A stretch of DNA of 64,000 bases from TPA_inf: Saccharomyces (GCA_000146045.2 BK006943.2:224001-288000); one strand, 5' to 3'; positions 44,799-56,655 are shown, numbered from the stretch's first letter. Numbers and translations: made by a program. The notes: generated by a model not told the origin, from the letters alone.

Positions 44799-45815
44799 AT
44801 GTCAACCACAGCATCCACGCCTTCATCTTTACGTCATTTGATTTCTATAAAAGATCTTTCTGATGAAGAATTCAGAATCTTAGTACAAAGAGCTCAACAT
44901 TTCAAGAATGTTTTTAAAGCAAATAAAACGAATGATTTCCAATCCAACCATCTGAAACTATTGGGTAGAACTATAGCCTTAATATTTACTAAAAGATCAA
45001 CTAGAACGAGAATTTCGACCGAAGGTGCAGCCACCTTCTTTGGTGCCCAACCGATGTTTTTAGGTAAAGAGGATATTCAGCTTGGTGTCAATGAATCATT
45101 TTACGATACCACCAAGGTTGTATCATCTATGGTTTCATGTATTTTTGCCCGTGTGAACAAACATGAAGACATACTTGCTTTTTGCAAGGATTCCTCTGTA
45201 CCGATCATCAACTCTCTATGTGACAAATTCCACCCTTTGCAAGCAATTTGTGATCTTTTAACAATAATCGAAAACTTCAATATATCTCTAGATGAAGTAA
45301 ATAAGGGAATCAATTCAAAATTGAAGATGGCATGGATTGGTGATGCCAATAATGTCATAAATGATATGTGCATCGCATGTCTGAAATTCGGTATAAGTGT
45401 CAGTATTTCCACTCCCCCCGGTATTGAAATGGATTCCGATATTGTCGATGAAGCAAAGAAAGTTGCTGAGAGAAACGGTGCGACATTTGAATTAACACAC
45501 GACTCTTTAAAGGCCTCCACCAATGCCAATATATTAGTAACCGATACTTTCGTTTCCATGGGTGAAGAATTTGCGAAACAGGCCAAGCTGAAACAATTCA
45601 AAGGTTTTCAAATCAATCAAGAACTTGTCTCTGTGGCTGATCCAAACTACAAATTTATGCATTGTCTGCCAAGACATCAAGAAGAAGTTAGTGATGATGT
45701 CTTTTATGGAGAGCATTCCATAGTCTTTGAAGAAGCAGAAAACAGATTATATGCAGCTATGTCTGCCATTGATATCTTTGTTAATAATAAAGGTAATTTC
45801 AAGGACTTGAAATAA
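44799..45815 (+). CDS. ARG3: Ornithine carbamoyltransferase, 338 aa
   Basis: ORF track 44484..45815. The true start is the internal 'MSTTASTPSSLRHLISIKDLSDEEF'. OTCase motifs 'STRTR', 'HCLP' and 'DTFVSMG' are present. Confidence 0.92.
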   Translation: MSTTASTPSSLRHLISIKDLSDEEFRILVQRAQHFKNVFKANKTNDFQSNHLKLLGRTIALIFTKRSTRTRISTEGAATFFGAQPMFLGKEDIQLGVNESFYDTTKVVSSMVSCIFARVNKHEDILAFCKDSSVPIINSLCDKFHPLQAICDLLTIIENFNISLDEVNKGINSKLKMAWIGDANNVINDMCIACLKFGISVSISTPPGIEMDSDIVDEAKKVAERNGATFELTHDSLKASTNANILVTDTFVSMGEEFAKQAKLKQFKGFQINQELVSVADPNYKFMHCLPRHQEEVSDDVFYGEHSIVFEEAENRLYAAMSAIDIFVNNKGNFKDLK

Positions 45816-46001
45816 TCCTTCTTTCGTGTTCTTAATAACTAATATATAAATACAGATATAGATGCATGAATAATGATATACATTGATTATTTTGCAATGT
45901 CAATTAAAAAAAAAAAATGTTAGTAAAACTATGTTACATTCCAAGCAAATAAAGCACTTGGTTAAACGAAATTAACGTTTTTAAGACAGCCAGACCGCGG
46001 T

Positions 46002-48485
46002 CTAAAAATTTAAATATACACTGCCAACAAATTCCTTCGAGTTGTCCAATTTCACCACTTTTATATTTTCATCAACTTCAGCAGATTCAACCTTCTCACA
46101 TAGAACATTGGAATAAACAGCCTTAACACCACTTTCAAGTTTGCACAGCGTAATATGAGGAATTTTGTTTTGACAACACAACCCTTTAATTTTCTCATTG
46201 TTTTCATCAATTATGCATCCATCTTTATCTTTAGACAGTTCCACTACAATAGCAATGATTTTTTCATCCCAACATAGTTTTTCGAGCCTAAAATTCAGTT
46301 TGTCGGTCGTTTTTACCTGCGTATTTTGGTTATTACCAGAGCCTTGTGCATTTTCTATGCGGTTGTTATTGTACTCCGTTATCTGGTCAGTGTATCTGTT
46401 ACAATATGATTTCCACAACTTTTTTGCCTCTTTTTCACGGGACGACATGACATGACCTAATGTTATATGAAGTTCCTTCTGAACTTTTCCACTAGCTAGT
46501 AAATGCTTGAATTTCTCAGTCAGCTCTGCATCGCTAGCAATACACCTCTTGACCAATTCAATAATTTCATCGTAGTTTTCTATTTTAGCTGAGATATATG
46601 TAGGTTTAATTAACTTAGGCGTTTTTTGTTGATTATTGTTGCCTTTACCAACTATTTTTCTCACAGTAGGTTTGTAATCTAAGCTCCTTCTGAACGCTGT
46701 CTCAATTTCATCATCTTTCGGGATCTCTGGTACCAAAATTGGATAAGCTTTATGAATTTCATTGAGGATTTGTTTCGCATTGGTTAATGAAGAGTCTGCT
46801 TGTCCAAAATCTAACTCTATCATTAAATCAAACATATTATCTGGTGATTTGTCTAAATTAACAGGTTGATATCTTTTCAAAAACCCATTCATGATGCCTA
46901 CCACTTTCTTCTCTCCTAATTCGTCCCATTTAATACTTTGGTGATTGTTACCTCTTTTGATTACTCTTTGCAGTGTTATGTCTCTTATTTCCGATAGTTT
47001 GTCATATGGCGCGAATGACACGCCGATTACCTTGATGTTCGTATCATACACCAAATAATCTTCTTTTAGTTCATTCAACCATTCAAATAATTGCTTTCTT
47101 TCGCGGAATTGGTGATTGTTTCTGTCAACTATGACACATTTGATTTCTTTTTTGGATAATAGTTCCAATGATTTTTTCATTAATTGAGATTTATCTTTAC
47201 CTGTAATATCATCATTTTGAATATGACCCCAGCTGTCAGGGAACAAATTCACTAATGTCTGGGAAGTTGTTGTTTTGCCACATCCAATAACTGATATTGG
47301 AAAGATTAAAAATTTAGTGCGTTCGTCTACTTTATCATAATCAATGGCGTTTTTTAATTCCAACTCGGCCACTTTTTCGTGGTTTAAGATTTCCAGCCCA
47401 CTCATGCCATATGATTGTAGAAACTTATTTCTCAATTCAATCACACCAAAACCTTTCAAGTAATTCTCACAGATCTTGGGTGATGACTCCAATATTGGGA
47501 TTGCGAAATCAAGATACTTGTTGGTTATAAATTTATGCTTTCTAAATTTAAACACTCTTGACTTGTTGGAAATATAGTCTTTAGTAACTTCTCTCCACTG
47601 ACGGTACATCAAATACGGTTCTTCAAATTTATACTTGAAAAAAAATGGCTTTTCAGTACTCTTCAAGTGGCACCTGATAACAAAACCTTCAATCTCTTGC
47701 CCTTCAAAAGATCCGGTTGCAGAGCAGTTATCTAGGAACTTTTTCAAATCCTCCAAGGTGTTCGATGTAATGCATTGGACGCACCTGAATCCGTATTTAC
47801 TCGCCATTTGCGAAACATCTTTCATATCCCAAGTTTCAAATTCCGCTTTATTAACATTTACACCATGTAAGTATAGGCCAGCTTTTTCAAGGGGATACTC
47901 TAAGATGTGTTCTTCAAATGAATCATCGCAATATTCTGCCACAGCGGTGACATTATGGGTATATAGCATTCTAGCAAAATCACTTCGATTGATGTTCATT
48001 GCCGCCAGTTGTCTTAAAAGTTGCTTCTCACCTGCTTCTGCATGGTTCCTGTCTACGTCTGCTCTGGGTCCAGTAGAATGCTTCGAACAAACTACCAAGG
48101 TACCATCTTCTAAACCAGATATAAAAATGATACAACCATTGGCTTTTATAGTGACATCGTAAGGCCCTGTACAGTTCTCTTCAATCCAATTCCACTTGGT
48201 AAAGTTGACCTCGCCTACATTGAAAAACTTATCGTATCCTCTAGCAACAATAACTGGATTCGTTGTATCATCGCTAATAAATAAGCCTCTTGCATTACAT
48301 GGCAAAGTGATAGTATTTTTGCCATAATCCCATTCGTTAAATTTCCATGAAATTACTTTCTTATTGCTGTGTGATAAGTCACAAACCCTTCTATAAGCTC
48401 TGCCTCTACCGGATAGTTTTTCTGCCTTTTCTAACTCGTTAACAAGCTGAGTTACTGTTCTTTTACCGTCATATGGGCTAGGCAT
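46002..48485 (-). CDS. TRL1: tRNA ligase (ligase/adenylyltransferase plus polynucleotide kinase plus cyclic phosphodiesterase), 827 aa
   Basis: 827 aa. Kinase P-loop 'GCGKTT', and CPD-domain H-x-T motifs near the C-terminus ('HITLGH' seen). The ligase lysine motif is inferred. Confidence 0.9.
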
Positions 48486-48826
48486 CGCTTCTTCGTATGA
48501 ATACTTTTATGATCACTAAAGTCAAAGTGTAGATTTTCAAAGAAAGAAAGACTATGCAAATGCGTAAAATTTGCTCGAAGCAATTCTCAACAGAATGGAA
48601 TGAATTAGATGCTCTTCTGTATACTTTCTTTGGGATAAACTCATAGTGAAATTTTATCAATGGAAAAGTACGCGGCCGGCCCGCTGGAACATAAAGATAA
48701 TTTACTGAAACAGTGTGCTTAAACGTATTTGAAAACCAAGGTGAATGTACCCTTAAAGTGCTGGCAGTGAATAGCAAAGGTCCATTAAAGTGTTCTGGTT
48801 TTATAATATCAAAAGCATTTATAGAA

Positions 48827-50698
48827 ATGCCCGCTGAAATTGACATTGATGAAGCTGACGTATTAGTTTTATCACAGGAGTTACAAAAGACAAGTAAACT
48901 CACTTTCGAAATCAATAAATCTTTGAAAAAAATTGCAGCTACATCCAATCAATCCAGTCAACTCTTCACTCCTATTCTTGCTAGAAATAATGTTTTAACC
49001 ACATTACAAAGAAATATTGAAAGTACATTGAATTCCGTTGCCTCAGTTAAGGATCTAGCAAACGAAGCTTCCAAGTATGAGATCATTTTACAAAAGGGTA
49101 TTAATCAAGTCGGTTTAAAGCAATACACCCAAGTAGTACATAAGCTAGATGATATGTTGGAAGACATTCAGTCTGGACAAGCCAATCGAGAAGAAAACTC
49201 AGAATTCCATGGGATTTTAACTCACTTGGAACAATTGATCAAACGTAGCGAGGCTCAACTAAGAGTATATTTTATTTCAATTTTGAACAGTATTAAACCG
49301 TTTGATCCACAAATCAATATCACCAAAAAGATGCCATTTCCATACTACGAGGACCAGCAGTTAGGCGCTTTATCGTGGATTTTAGATTATTTTCATGGAA
49401 ATTCAGAAGGTTCTATTATACAGGACATACTCGTCGGTGAAAGGAGTAAATTAATCCTCAAGTGCATGGCATTCCTTGAACCTTTTGCCAAAGAAATCAG
49501 CACTGCAAAAAACGCCCCGTATGAGAAGGGCAGTAGCGGGATGAACAGCTACACGGAGGCCTTATTAGGCTTCATCGCCAATGAAAAATCACTAGTAGAC
49601 GACCTCTACTCTCAATATACAGAAAGTAAACCCCACGTCTTGTCACAGATCTTGTCGCCTTTAATTAGCGCATATGCTAAGCTTTTCGGTGCAAATTTGA
49701 AAATTGTACGAAGCAACCTCGAGAACTTTGGATTCTTTAGTTTTGAGCTAGTGGAAAGCATAAATGATGTGAAAAAATCTCTTCGAGGCAAGGAACTACA
49801 AAACTATAATTTATTGCAAGATTGTACGCAAGAAGTACGTCAAGTAACACAGTCATTATTCAGAGATGCCATTGATAGGATTATCAAAAAGGCAAATTCT
49901 ATTTCTACTATTCCTTCCAATAATGGTGTCACTGAAGCAACTGTAGATACCATGTCAAGACTAAGAAAGTTCAGTGAGTACAAAAACGGATGTTTAGGCG
50001 CCATGGACAATATCACACGTGAAAATTGGTTACCATCCAATTATAAGGAGAAAGAATACACTTTGCAAAACGAGGCTTTAAATTGGGAAGATCATAATGT
50101 ATTACTATCATGTTTTATAAGTGATTGCATAGACACTTTGGCAGTTAATCTTGAGAGAAAGGCACAAATAGCACTGATGCCTAACCAAGAGCCAGATGTG
50201 GCTAATCCTAATAGCTCTAAAAATAAGCACAAGCAACGTATTGGATTCTTCATTTTAATGAACCTGACGCTTGTTGAGCAGATCGTGGAAAAGTCAGAAT
50301 TAAACTTAATGTTAGCTGGAGAAGGTCACTCCAGATTGGAACGGCTGAAGAAACGTTATATTAGTTATATGGTATCAGATTGGAGAGATTTAACTGCAAA
50401 TTTGATGGATTCTGTGTTTATTGATAGTAGCGGGAAGAAGTCAAAAGACAAAGAACAAATAAAGGAGAAATTTAGAAAATTCAATGAAGGATTCGAAGAT
50501 TTAGTATCAAAAACAAAACAGTATAAGCTTTCAGATCCATCATTGAAAGTAACTTTGAAGTCAGAAATAATATCGTTGGTTATGCCCATGTATGAAAGAT
50601 TCTACAGTAGATATAAAGACTCTTTCAAGAATCCTAGAAAGCATATCAAATATACCCCTGACGAACTAACTACTGTTCTTAACCAATTAGTGAGATAG
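48827..50698 (+). CDS. EXO70: Exocyst complex subunit Exo70, 623 aa
   Basis: ORF track 48713..50698. The 623-aa product starts at Met39 ('MPAEIDIDEADVLVLSQELQKTSKL'). All-helical rod typical of Exo70. Confidence 0.88.
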   Translation: MPAEIDIDEADVLVLSQELQKTSKLTFEINKSLKKIAATSNQSSQLFTPILARNNVLTTLQRNIESTLNSVASVKDLANEASKYEIILQKGINQVGLKQYTQVVHKLDDMLEDIQSGQANREENSEFHGILTHLEQLIKRSEAQLRVYFISILNSIKPFDPQINITKKMPFPYYEDQQLGALSWILDYFHGNSEGSIIQDILVGERSKLILKCMAFLEPFAKEISTAKNAPYEKGSSGMNSYTEALLGFIANEKSLVDDLYSQYTESKPHVLSQILSPLISAYAKLFGANLKIVRSNLENFGFFSFELVESINDVKKSLRGKELQNYNLLQDCTQEVRQVTQSLFRDAIDRIIKKANSISTIPSNNGVTEATVDTMSRLRKFSEYKNGCLGAMDNITRENWLPSNYKEKEYTLQNEALNWEDHNVLLSCFISDCIDTLAVNLERKAQIALMPNQEPDVANPNSSKNKHKQRIGFFILMNLTLVEQIVEKSELNLMLAGEGHSRLERLKKRYISYMVSDWRDLTANLMDSVFIDSSGKKSKDKEQIKEKFRKFNEGFEDLVSKTKQYKLSDPSLKVTLKSEIISLVMPMYERFYSRYKDSFKNPRKHIKYTPDELTTVLNQLVR

Positions 50699-50861
50699 AT
50701 TGCGAACATCACTTTTCAAAAAGCAAAATTAAAGAAAAGAACGTACCATAAACAGATATAAACATATATATGTATAACAATTAGAGTTTCTAATATTTTA
50801 TGTTTGCTCTGGACGCCAGATGTAAGAACAGGAAGGGATGACGTAGGAACCTTGTGCTAGA

Positions 50862-53800
50862 CTAAAGGGTACTCTCATTTATACTTTGTAATCCAGATTC
50901 ATTATCTAACGTATTAATCAGTACTTTCTCGGGTGAAGAAAGTCTTGAAATAAATCTTTCCTCGGAATCAGAATTCTTAGAGCTTTCCGTTAATCCTGAG
51001 CCCTGTGTGAAAATGTCATTATTATGATCTGATTCGGCAGAATTTTGTGCATTAGCTGCATTCAAGAAATTCTCGTTACTTCCCAAAAGTGGAGAAAACT
51101 GATTGTTATCGTTATCGTTTTGTAAAGGATGCCAAGCAGAGGAATTTCTAGCGTACGGCGCAGTGATATCAATCGTAGTATCTACTGAGGGTTCAAGTAG
51201 ATCAACGTATGAATCATTAGGCCTTAAAAAGGAGTCTTCATTAACTTTATTAGTCAACGTTTCCGTTTTACTCAGTAATGGTTCCATGTTCAACTTGTCC
51301 TTGCTTATATTAATTCCTGAATAGTCAAAAGAGGATCTAGCTGAGGCGGGGGTGCTCGAAGTATTTGTAGAATGTCGATTTAGTTCATTTTTATCATGAT
51401 TTTTAAGTTCGTCTTCTATTAAAACTTGATTTAAATCTGTGAAAAAAGGATTATCGTGTCTTATTGTGGACGGTAAATTATCTTGAACACTTTCCCTTCT
51501 ATTCAATGATCTTAATGATTCATTGCTCAGATTTCCTAAAGCTGAATGCGCAAATCCGCTATTATTTGGTGAGCTATGTAATGAAGACGATAGGCTTAAT
51601 ACTCTTTTTCTGTTCTTTTCGTTACTTTGATTCCCAGTGGATGTCGAGTCTTTGCTTTCCTCGCGTTGTGGGGTTGATAAACTTTTCACGTCCCTATTTT
51701 CTCTCTTTTTAGGAGTTGTCTCTCTTTTGTGTTTATTTTCTTCTATCTTTGACATCGATTCTTTTTTATTCAAAGTTTCTGAAGAATTCTTATCCGAATT
51801 TTTATTTGGATGGGAAGCTTTTAAACTTGGAGGCGTCGGATGTTTGGAATTAGGCCTCCTTTTTTGATTGTTGTCATGCAACACAGTATCCTTATAAGAT
51901 GGTGGATCCCGTGGTAAGATGCTCGACTCTGATGAAGATACCTCAGTAGTAGTGGTTCCGGAAGCAGCATCAGATATGAAATCGGAAGAAAAGTCAAAAT
52001 CTGGCGGAGGCACTTCCATATTTGACATTGGCGATGTTATTGGAGAGAGCGGGATTGCCTGGGGTGATGCTAATTCTCTTTGCAAACTCTCCGGTTGATA
52101 TATGTTGGATTTCAACTTTGCAGAATTGAAGATGGTATTATCACTCGGATGGGATTTTGAGTTCCTATTGAATTGCCTAGAGTTTCTGGTCAATGAAGTG
52201 GAAGGTAAATGTGGGATTAAAATGTCTAATGGTTGGACATTGGGCGAAAGTACTGGAGACGAAAGGACTTCCTTGGGAAAGAAAATATTAGAGTTATGGT
52301 ATAGATTTATATTGTCATCAGACGATTCCAATATTGAGGAAATTGAGGAATCTGTTTCTTTTGGAAAAGAAGCAGGATGTCCATCATAGCTCGGTAAAAG
52401 GGTATTTGCATGCGAGCACAATCTATGTAAAACATGTATTGGCGAGTCAATACTAATTTCGTAATGTTTCCTTTTATTATCTACTACTCTAGACAGTCTC
52501 AGGCAAATTTTAATCCAATGGTTTGCTTTGATGTTTTCATAAGAAGTATCTGGATGCAATTGCTGATGGTTGTTGAAACGACTCGGAATAAAAATCTGGT
52601 ACTCATACTCTTTATTCACTAAATCACCATTCTTTGGATCCTGCAACAGGTTCCCCATATTCTTGGCCTTTGACAAATTTGCATCATTGGGCAAGTTCGG
52701 TAATTTAGGACCTTTCTGTTCTGTCAATAAAAATTTCTTGGTGGGCTCCATCCTATGAACCTTCTTTTCTCTACAATAATACTCCATTGTCTCTGTCACA
52801 TAAATTCTTATTCTATGCAACGTAACTTTATCGAGGGGAGCGAATTTGAACGTGATAGGCAGAAAAGCATCTAAAATAATATCCTTTGATGCTATAACGA
52901 TATCATAATATAATTGGTTTTCCCAATCTCTAGATATGATAATCGGCTCACTTTCTTCCACAGAATTATGAGCCTGTGTCCGTACGATATTAACCACTTG
53001 CCGGGCGCTAATGTTTGATTTAAAGGCACCAGGTCTCTCTATACTGGCAAATAAGAAGTATTCCACAAATCCGAAATCAGCTTTAATAGATTCTGGGTAT
53101 GCTTGAGGAATTAGTTCTTCGAAAGCATAAATATAGTCGCCTGGTTGAAAGACAAAAAATTCTCCTCCAGACCCGCTGGTGAAGTTGTTGCTTGTCATTG
53201 CCAGATGATTGCTACTGGTGGGGATATGATGACCATGATGCGATGCTGCATCATTATGGGTAAAGGTGTTATTCAACAAGTCGGAAAAGATGGAAGTGGT
53301 CGTAGGTTTATAGTTGTGGTGAGACACGGAAGGAGACGTGGCTCTCTTCAATAAATTTATCGGGGATAGGTTTCTTGATGGTCCATTGGAAGAAGTGACT
53401 GACGAAGATCTAGATCTTTGTCTACTTTCTCTGTCTTTTACGTTGACAGAGGAATTTCCAGGTGCACCTAGAGGTGACAAGTTCAACGAGGACAAACCTG
53501 ATATAGAATTTTTTCTGCTTGTTATAGTTTCATTATCAGACAGTGTTCTATAAAGAGAGGCACCACTTTCCTTCGTCAAAAAATTATTAGCTGCATTGTT
53601 GCTCTCATTAGGTGCGGAAGCATCCATCTTTTTCTTGCTCTTCTGTTCAGTTGGCGGATATAGAGCCCATGTATGGTCTACAATATCTTTGATTTCCACG
53701 AATTCTTGTCTTTTAGGAGGGATACCTTCAGGCCATTCAGTTCTAGAATATCCTTTGAACGAAAGACTTATGCTTTTCAGCTTTGTGGGTTTCAGTATTC

Positions 53801-54002
53801 TTACCACTAGACAGCCCCGAAGAACAACCGAGGGATATTCCGTCTTCTGAGGGTCAAAGCCTTGGAGGAAAACAACTGGTTCAGCTAAATGAATAAAAAG
53901 CTGTAATGATGAACTTTGTGCCAAGGGTGTAGCATCGAGGGGGATATCAATATCCTTTTCCATGGGAAACAATGGAGATGAGATAGATTGGTCCATGGGC
54001 AT
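50862..54002 (-). CDS. ALY2: Alpha-arrestin family Rsp5 adaptor with PPxY-type motifs, 1046 aa
   Basis: 1046 aa. N-terminal arrestin fold, then a Ser/Asn-rich low-complexity tail containing 'PPSY' and 'PPPDF'. Matches YJL084C. Confidence 0.85.
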   Translation of the reverse strand: MPMDQSISSPLFPMEKDIDIPLDATPLAQSSSLQLFIHLAEPVVFLQGFDPQKTEYPSVVLRGCLVVRILKPTKLKSISLSFKGYSRTEWPEGIPPKRQEFVEIKDIVDHTWALYPPTEQKSKKKMDASAPNESNNAANNFLTKESGASLYRTLSDNETITSRKNSISGLSSLNLSPLGAPGNSSVNVKDRESRQRSRSSSVTSSNGPSRNLSPINLLKRATSPSVSHHNYKPTTTSIFSDLLNNTFTHNDAASHHGHHIPTSSNHLAMTSNNFTSGSGGEFFVFQPGDYIYAFEELIPQAYPESIKADFGFVEYFLFASIERPGAFKSNISARQVVNIVRTQAHNSVEESEPIIISRDWENQLYYDIVIASKDIILDAFLPITFKFAPLDKVTLHRIRIYVTETMEYYCREKKVHRMEPTKKFLLTEQKGPKLPNLPNDANLSKAKNMGNLLQDPKNGDLVNKEYEYQIFIPSRFNNHQQLHPDTSYENIKANHWIKICLRLSRVVDNKRKHYEISIDSPIHVLHRLCSHANTLLPSYDGHPASFPKETDSSISSILESSDDNINLYHNSNIFFPKEVLSSPVLSPNVQPLDILIPHLPSTSLTRNSRQFNRNSKSHPSDNTIFNSAKLKSNIYQPESLQRELASPQAIPLSPITSPMSNMEVPPPDFDFSSDFISDAASGTTTTEVSSSESSILPRDPPSYKDTVLHDNNQKRRPNSKHPTPPSLKASHPNKNSDKNSSETLNKKESMSKIEENKHKRETTPKKRENRDVKSLSTPQREESKDSTSTGNQSNEKNRKRVLSLSSSLHSSPNNSGFAHSALGNLSNESLRSLNRRESVQDNLPSTIRHDNPFFTDLNQVLIEDELKNHDKNELNRHSTNTSSTPASARSSFDYSGINISKDKLNMEPLLSKTETLTNKVNEDSFLRPNDSYVDLLEPSVDTTIDITAPYARNSSAWHPLQNDNDNNQFSPLLGSNENFLNAANAQNSAESDHNNDIFTQGSGLTESSKNSDSEERFISRLSSPEKVLINTLDNESGLQSINESTL

Positions 54003-54840
54003 CTTGAAAAATGACTGATCTACAATGAGAAAGGCTGGAAAAAAAAAAAAGATGTTTCAACGTTAAAAAAATAAAGGACTAACGGTAATGAATAGCGAAG
54101 TCTACAGACTAATTTGCCCTTTTTAGTCTCTCTCAATACTCACAGACTGCTTGTAGCGTAATTAGTACCTATTCTTAAAAGACGAAAAGGAGAACTAGCC
54201 AAGTCTTTTTTTTTTCCCAAATTGGACCATATCGGATTAAATTTCTTTTTTCCGAAACTGCAAATCCTCCAGAGAATGTTTTAATAAAGGAAAACCAATG
54301 AAAGACATTTAGCAGAATAACAAAGCAAAAAGAAATGACAGTGAAGAGTGATAGGTGAAGGCGTTGAGAAATGAGAGTTGTTGCCATGGAGGAATGGGTA
54401 CTGAACCCTCTCACAGAGGCGTCACTAATTTAAAAAAGGAAAAAGGTGTTATATGTATTGGGGAAAGGAGCGATGAATTTTTGGGTGATGAATGAAACAG
54501 TGGGATGAGATGAACTACAGCAATATGGTTTGGTCTTAACGGCTGTCATGACAAACTATTGATCAGGGCCAGTATTTGTATCATTATTGTTATAATTGAG
54601 AATGAAGAAAGGTTAGCCGCTGAGAGAACCTTCTTCAAATTATGTTTTTTTTGCTTTTTTTCTTTTTGGGACGGCGCGCGATAGATGGCGCAAGGGAGTT
54701 GCTCTCCGTTCGACATCAATAAATTGGTTATAAAGTGACGTATTTGGTTCCTTTTTAGTAATTGATGAAGAGTGCGGGATGGCCTATACAAGGAAGAGTC
54801 GATTTAGTGCCGGAGAATACACGCCCTGACGTTTGTATAA

Positions 54841-56655
54841 ATGCATTTCCCCAAAAAAAAGCATTCCGGAAATCTCTCCGTGGTGGAATTGCCGAAGGAA
54901 GCTCTCCAAGATTCTTTAACTGCTGCTCAGATTACTTTCAAGAGATATGCCCACCCCAATGGCAATGCCGGTAGCGCAGAGAGGCCGAGACATCTAAAGG
55001 TGGAATCTGCGCCTGTCGTGAAATCTGAGCCTTCTTTGCCGAGGATGAGACAACCGGAACCGAGAAGTATAAATCATCAATACTCTAGGGAAACGCTTCC
55101 AGGCCATTCTGAAGCCTTTTCCGTACCGACGACTCCTCTGCAGACAATCCATTATGATGTAAGGAATAAAGCGTCAAATTCGCCAAGTAGTATAGCAGCT
55201 GCAGAGACAGCTGCATACCTAGCCCACACAAATTCATTTAGTAACAGATCATCCGGTGTCGGCAGCCGGGATCCAGTTATGGATACTGAAACAAAACCGC
55301 CACGTGCTCCTTCAGCCTTGAAAAATGAGCTGCAATTGAACAGAATGAGGATACCTCCGCCGTCATATGATAATAATGTTCGTTCACGATCTATTTCGCC
55401 ACAAGTATCCTACTCTACCTCGCTGTCATCATCGTGTTCCATAAGTTCCGATGGAGAAGAAACTTCTTATAGAGAAAAAAGCACCGATGAGGCATTTCCT
55501 CCTGAACCTTCCATGTCTTCTTATAGTCTTGCGTCCAAAGCCTCAGCAAAGGCTTCTCTAACGGACCCCTCACAGCGGCAGCAAGAGTCAGACTATACGG
55601 CAATGAATAAACTCAATGGAGGAAATATAATATATAAAGGCACTTTACCCGACCTAATACCGCGAAGCCAAAGGAAGACAAGTAAACCCAGGTTCAAGCA
55701 CAGGCTTTTACGATCACCTGAGCAGCAGCAAGAAAACTTATCACGTGTGTATTCGGACCAAACGCAGAATGGTAGGGCAATCATAAACACGCAGCAAAAT
55801 GTAAAGTTAAAGACAACTATGAGGCGCGGGAAGTACGCAATTACAGACAATGATGAAACTTTTCCCTACGACAGAAAGTCTGTATCATCAGACTCAGACA
55901 CAGATGAAGATTCTAATGTGATGGAAATCAAGGACAAGAAGAAGAAAAGTCGTCGCTCTAAGATAAAGAAGGGGTTGAAAACAACAGCAGCTGTAGTTGG
56001 GAGTAGTACCTCTGTCCTTCCGTTCCCTCATCACCATCATCATCACCATCAGCTCCATAACCCGAATTCTCATCACTTACACACGCACCATCATACAAGT
56101 TCTCACAAATTCAATGAAGATAAACCGTGGAAATCTCATAGAGATCTCGGGTTTATTACCGAACAAGAAAGAAAAAGATACGAGTCTATGTGGGTATCAA
56201 ACAGATACTCGTATTTGCGCTTGCTGCCGTGGTGGCCCTCTCTCGCGAATGAAGACGACGAGTCTCACTTACAGCCCTTAAATTTACCGCAAGACGGCCT
56301 GATGCTTAACTTAGTCGTAAAAGATATATGGTATCGATCAAACCTACCCAGGGATCTTCTAGTGCAAATATACAATATGGTCGACACAAGAAAAGACGGT
56401 ACCTTAGACAGAAAATCGTTTATAGTGGGCATGTGGCTGGTTGATCAATGTCTCTATGGCCGAAAGCTAACGAATGAGCTGGACCAGAGAGTTTGGAATA
56501 GCGTTGACGGCTATGTTCTCGGTACAATTAACGTGAAGCCTGCCACTTCCGATCACTATCACAACGCTAATAACCCTCTAGATAAGCCATCAAAGCTTTC
56601 AGTCCGACAGGAATTGAAAAACATCAAACGCGATCTCAGAAATGTCAGAATATGA
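54841..56655 (+). CDS. TAX4: EH-domain protein regulating PI(4,5)P2 / Inp51, 604 aa
   Basis: 604 aa. C-terminal EH domain ('LVVKDIWYRSNLPRDLLVQIYNMVDTRKDGTLDRKSFIVGMWLVDQCL'). The His-rich tract 'PHHHHHHHQLHNPNSHHLHTHHH' is typical of Tax4/Irs4. Confidence 0.85.
   Translation: MHFPKKKHSGNLSVVELPKEALQDSLTAAQITFKRYAHPNGNAGSAERPRHLKVESAPVVKSEPSLPRMRQPEPRSINHQYSRETLPGHSEAFSVPTTPLQTIHYDVRNKASNSPSSIAAAETAAYLAHTNSFSNRSSGVGSRDPVMDTETKPPRAPSALKNELQLNRMRIPPPSYDNNVRSRSISPQVSYSTSLSSSCSISSDGEETSYREKSTDEAFPPEPSMSSYSLASKASAKASLTDPSQRQQESDYTAMNKLNGGNIIYKGTLPDLIPRSQRKTSKPRFKHRLLRSPEQQQENLSRVYSDQTQNGRAIINTQQNVKLKTTMRRGKYAITDNDETFPYDRKSVSSDSDTDEDSNVMEIKDKKKKSRRSKIKKGLKTTAAVVGSSTSVLPFPHHHHHHHQLHNPNSHHLHTHHHTSSHKFNEDKPWKSHRDLGFITEQERKRYESMWVSNRYSYLRLLPWWPSLANEDDESHLQPLNLPQDGLMLNLVVKDIWYRSNLPRDLLVQIYNMVDTRKDGTLDRKSFIVGMWLVDQCLYGRKLTNELDQRVWNSVDGYVLGTINVKPATSDHYHNANNPLDKPSKLSVRQELKNIKRDLRNVRI

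Noticed and set aside
45101-45601. 166-aa ORF on the - strand, antisense within ARG3
   Set aside because: It has no homology signal and sits inside a conserved OTCase coding region. It is a chance ORF, although an antisense transcript there is not excluded.
47635-48162. 175-aa ORF on the + strand, fully inside and antisense to TRL1
   Set aside because: It has no recognisable domain, a hydrophobic/low-complexity composition, and lies entirely inside an essential, conserved gene on the other strand. It is the type of ORF expected by chance in a 2.5-kb coding region.
54175-54414. 79-aa ORF (-) in the ALY2/TAX4 divergent promoter, plus a GC-rich 'ggcgcgcgatagatggcgc' element at 54672-54690
   Set aside because: The ORF is hydrophobic nonsense. 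The GC-rich element does not match MCB (ACGCGT), PAC or RRPE consensus, so it is noted without a confident assignment.
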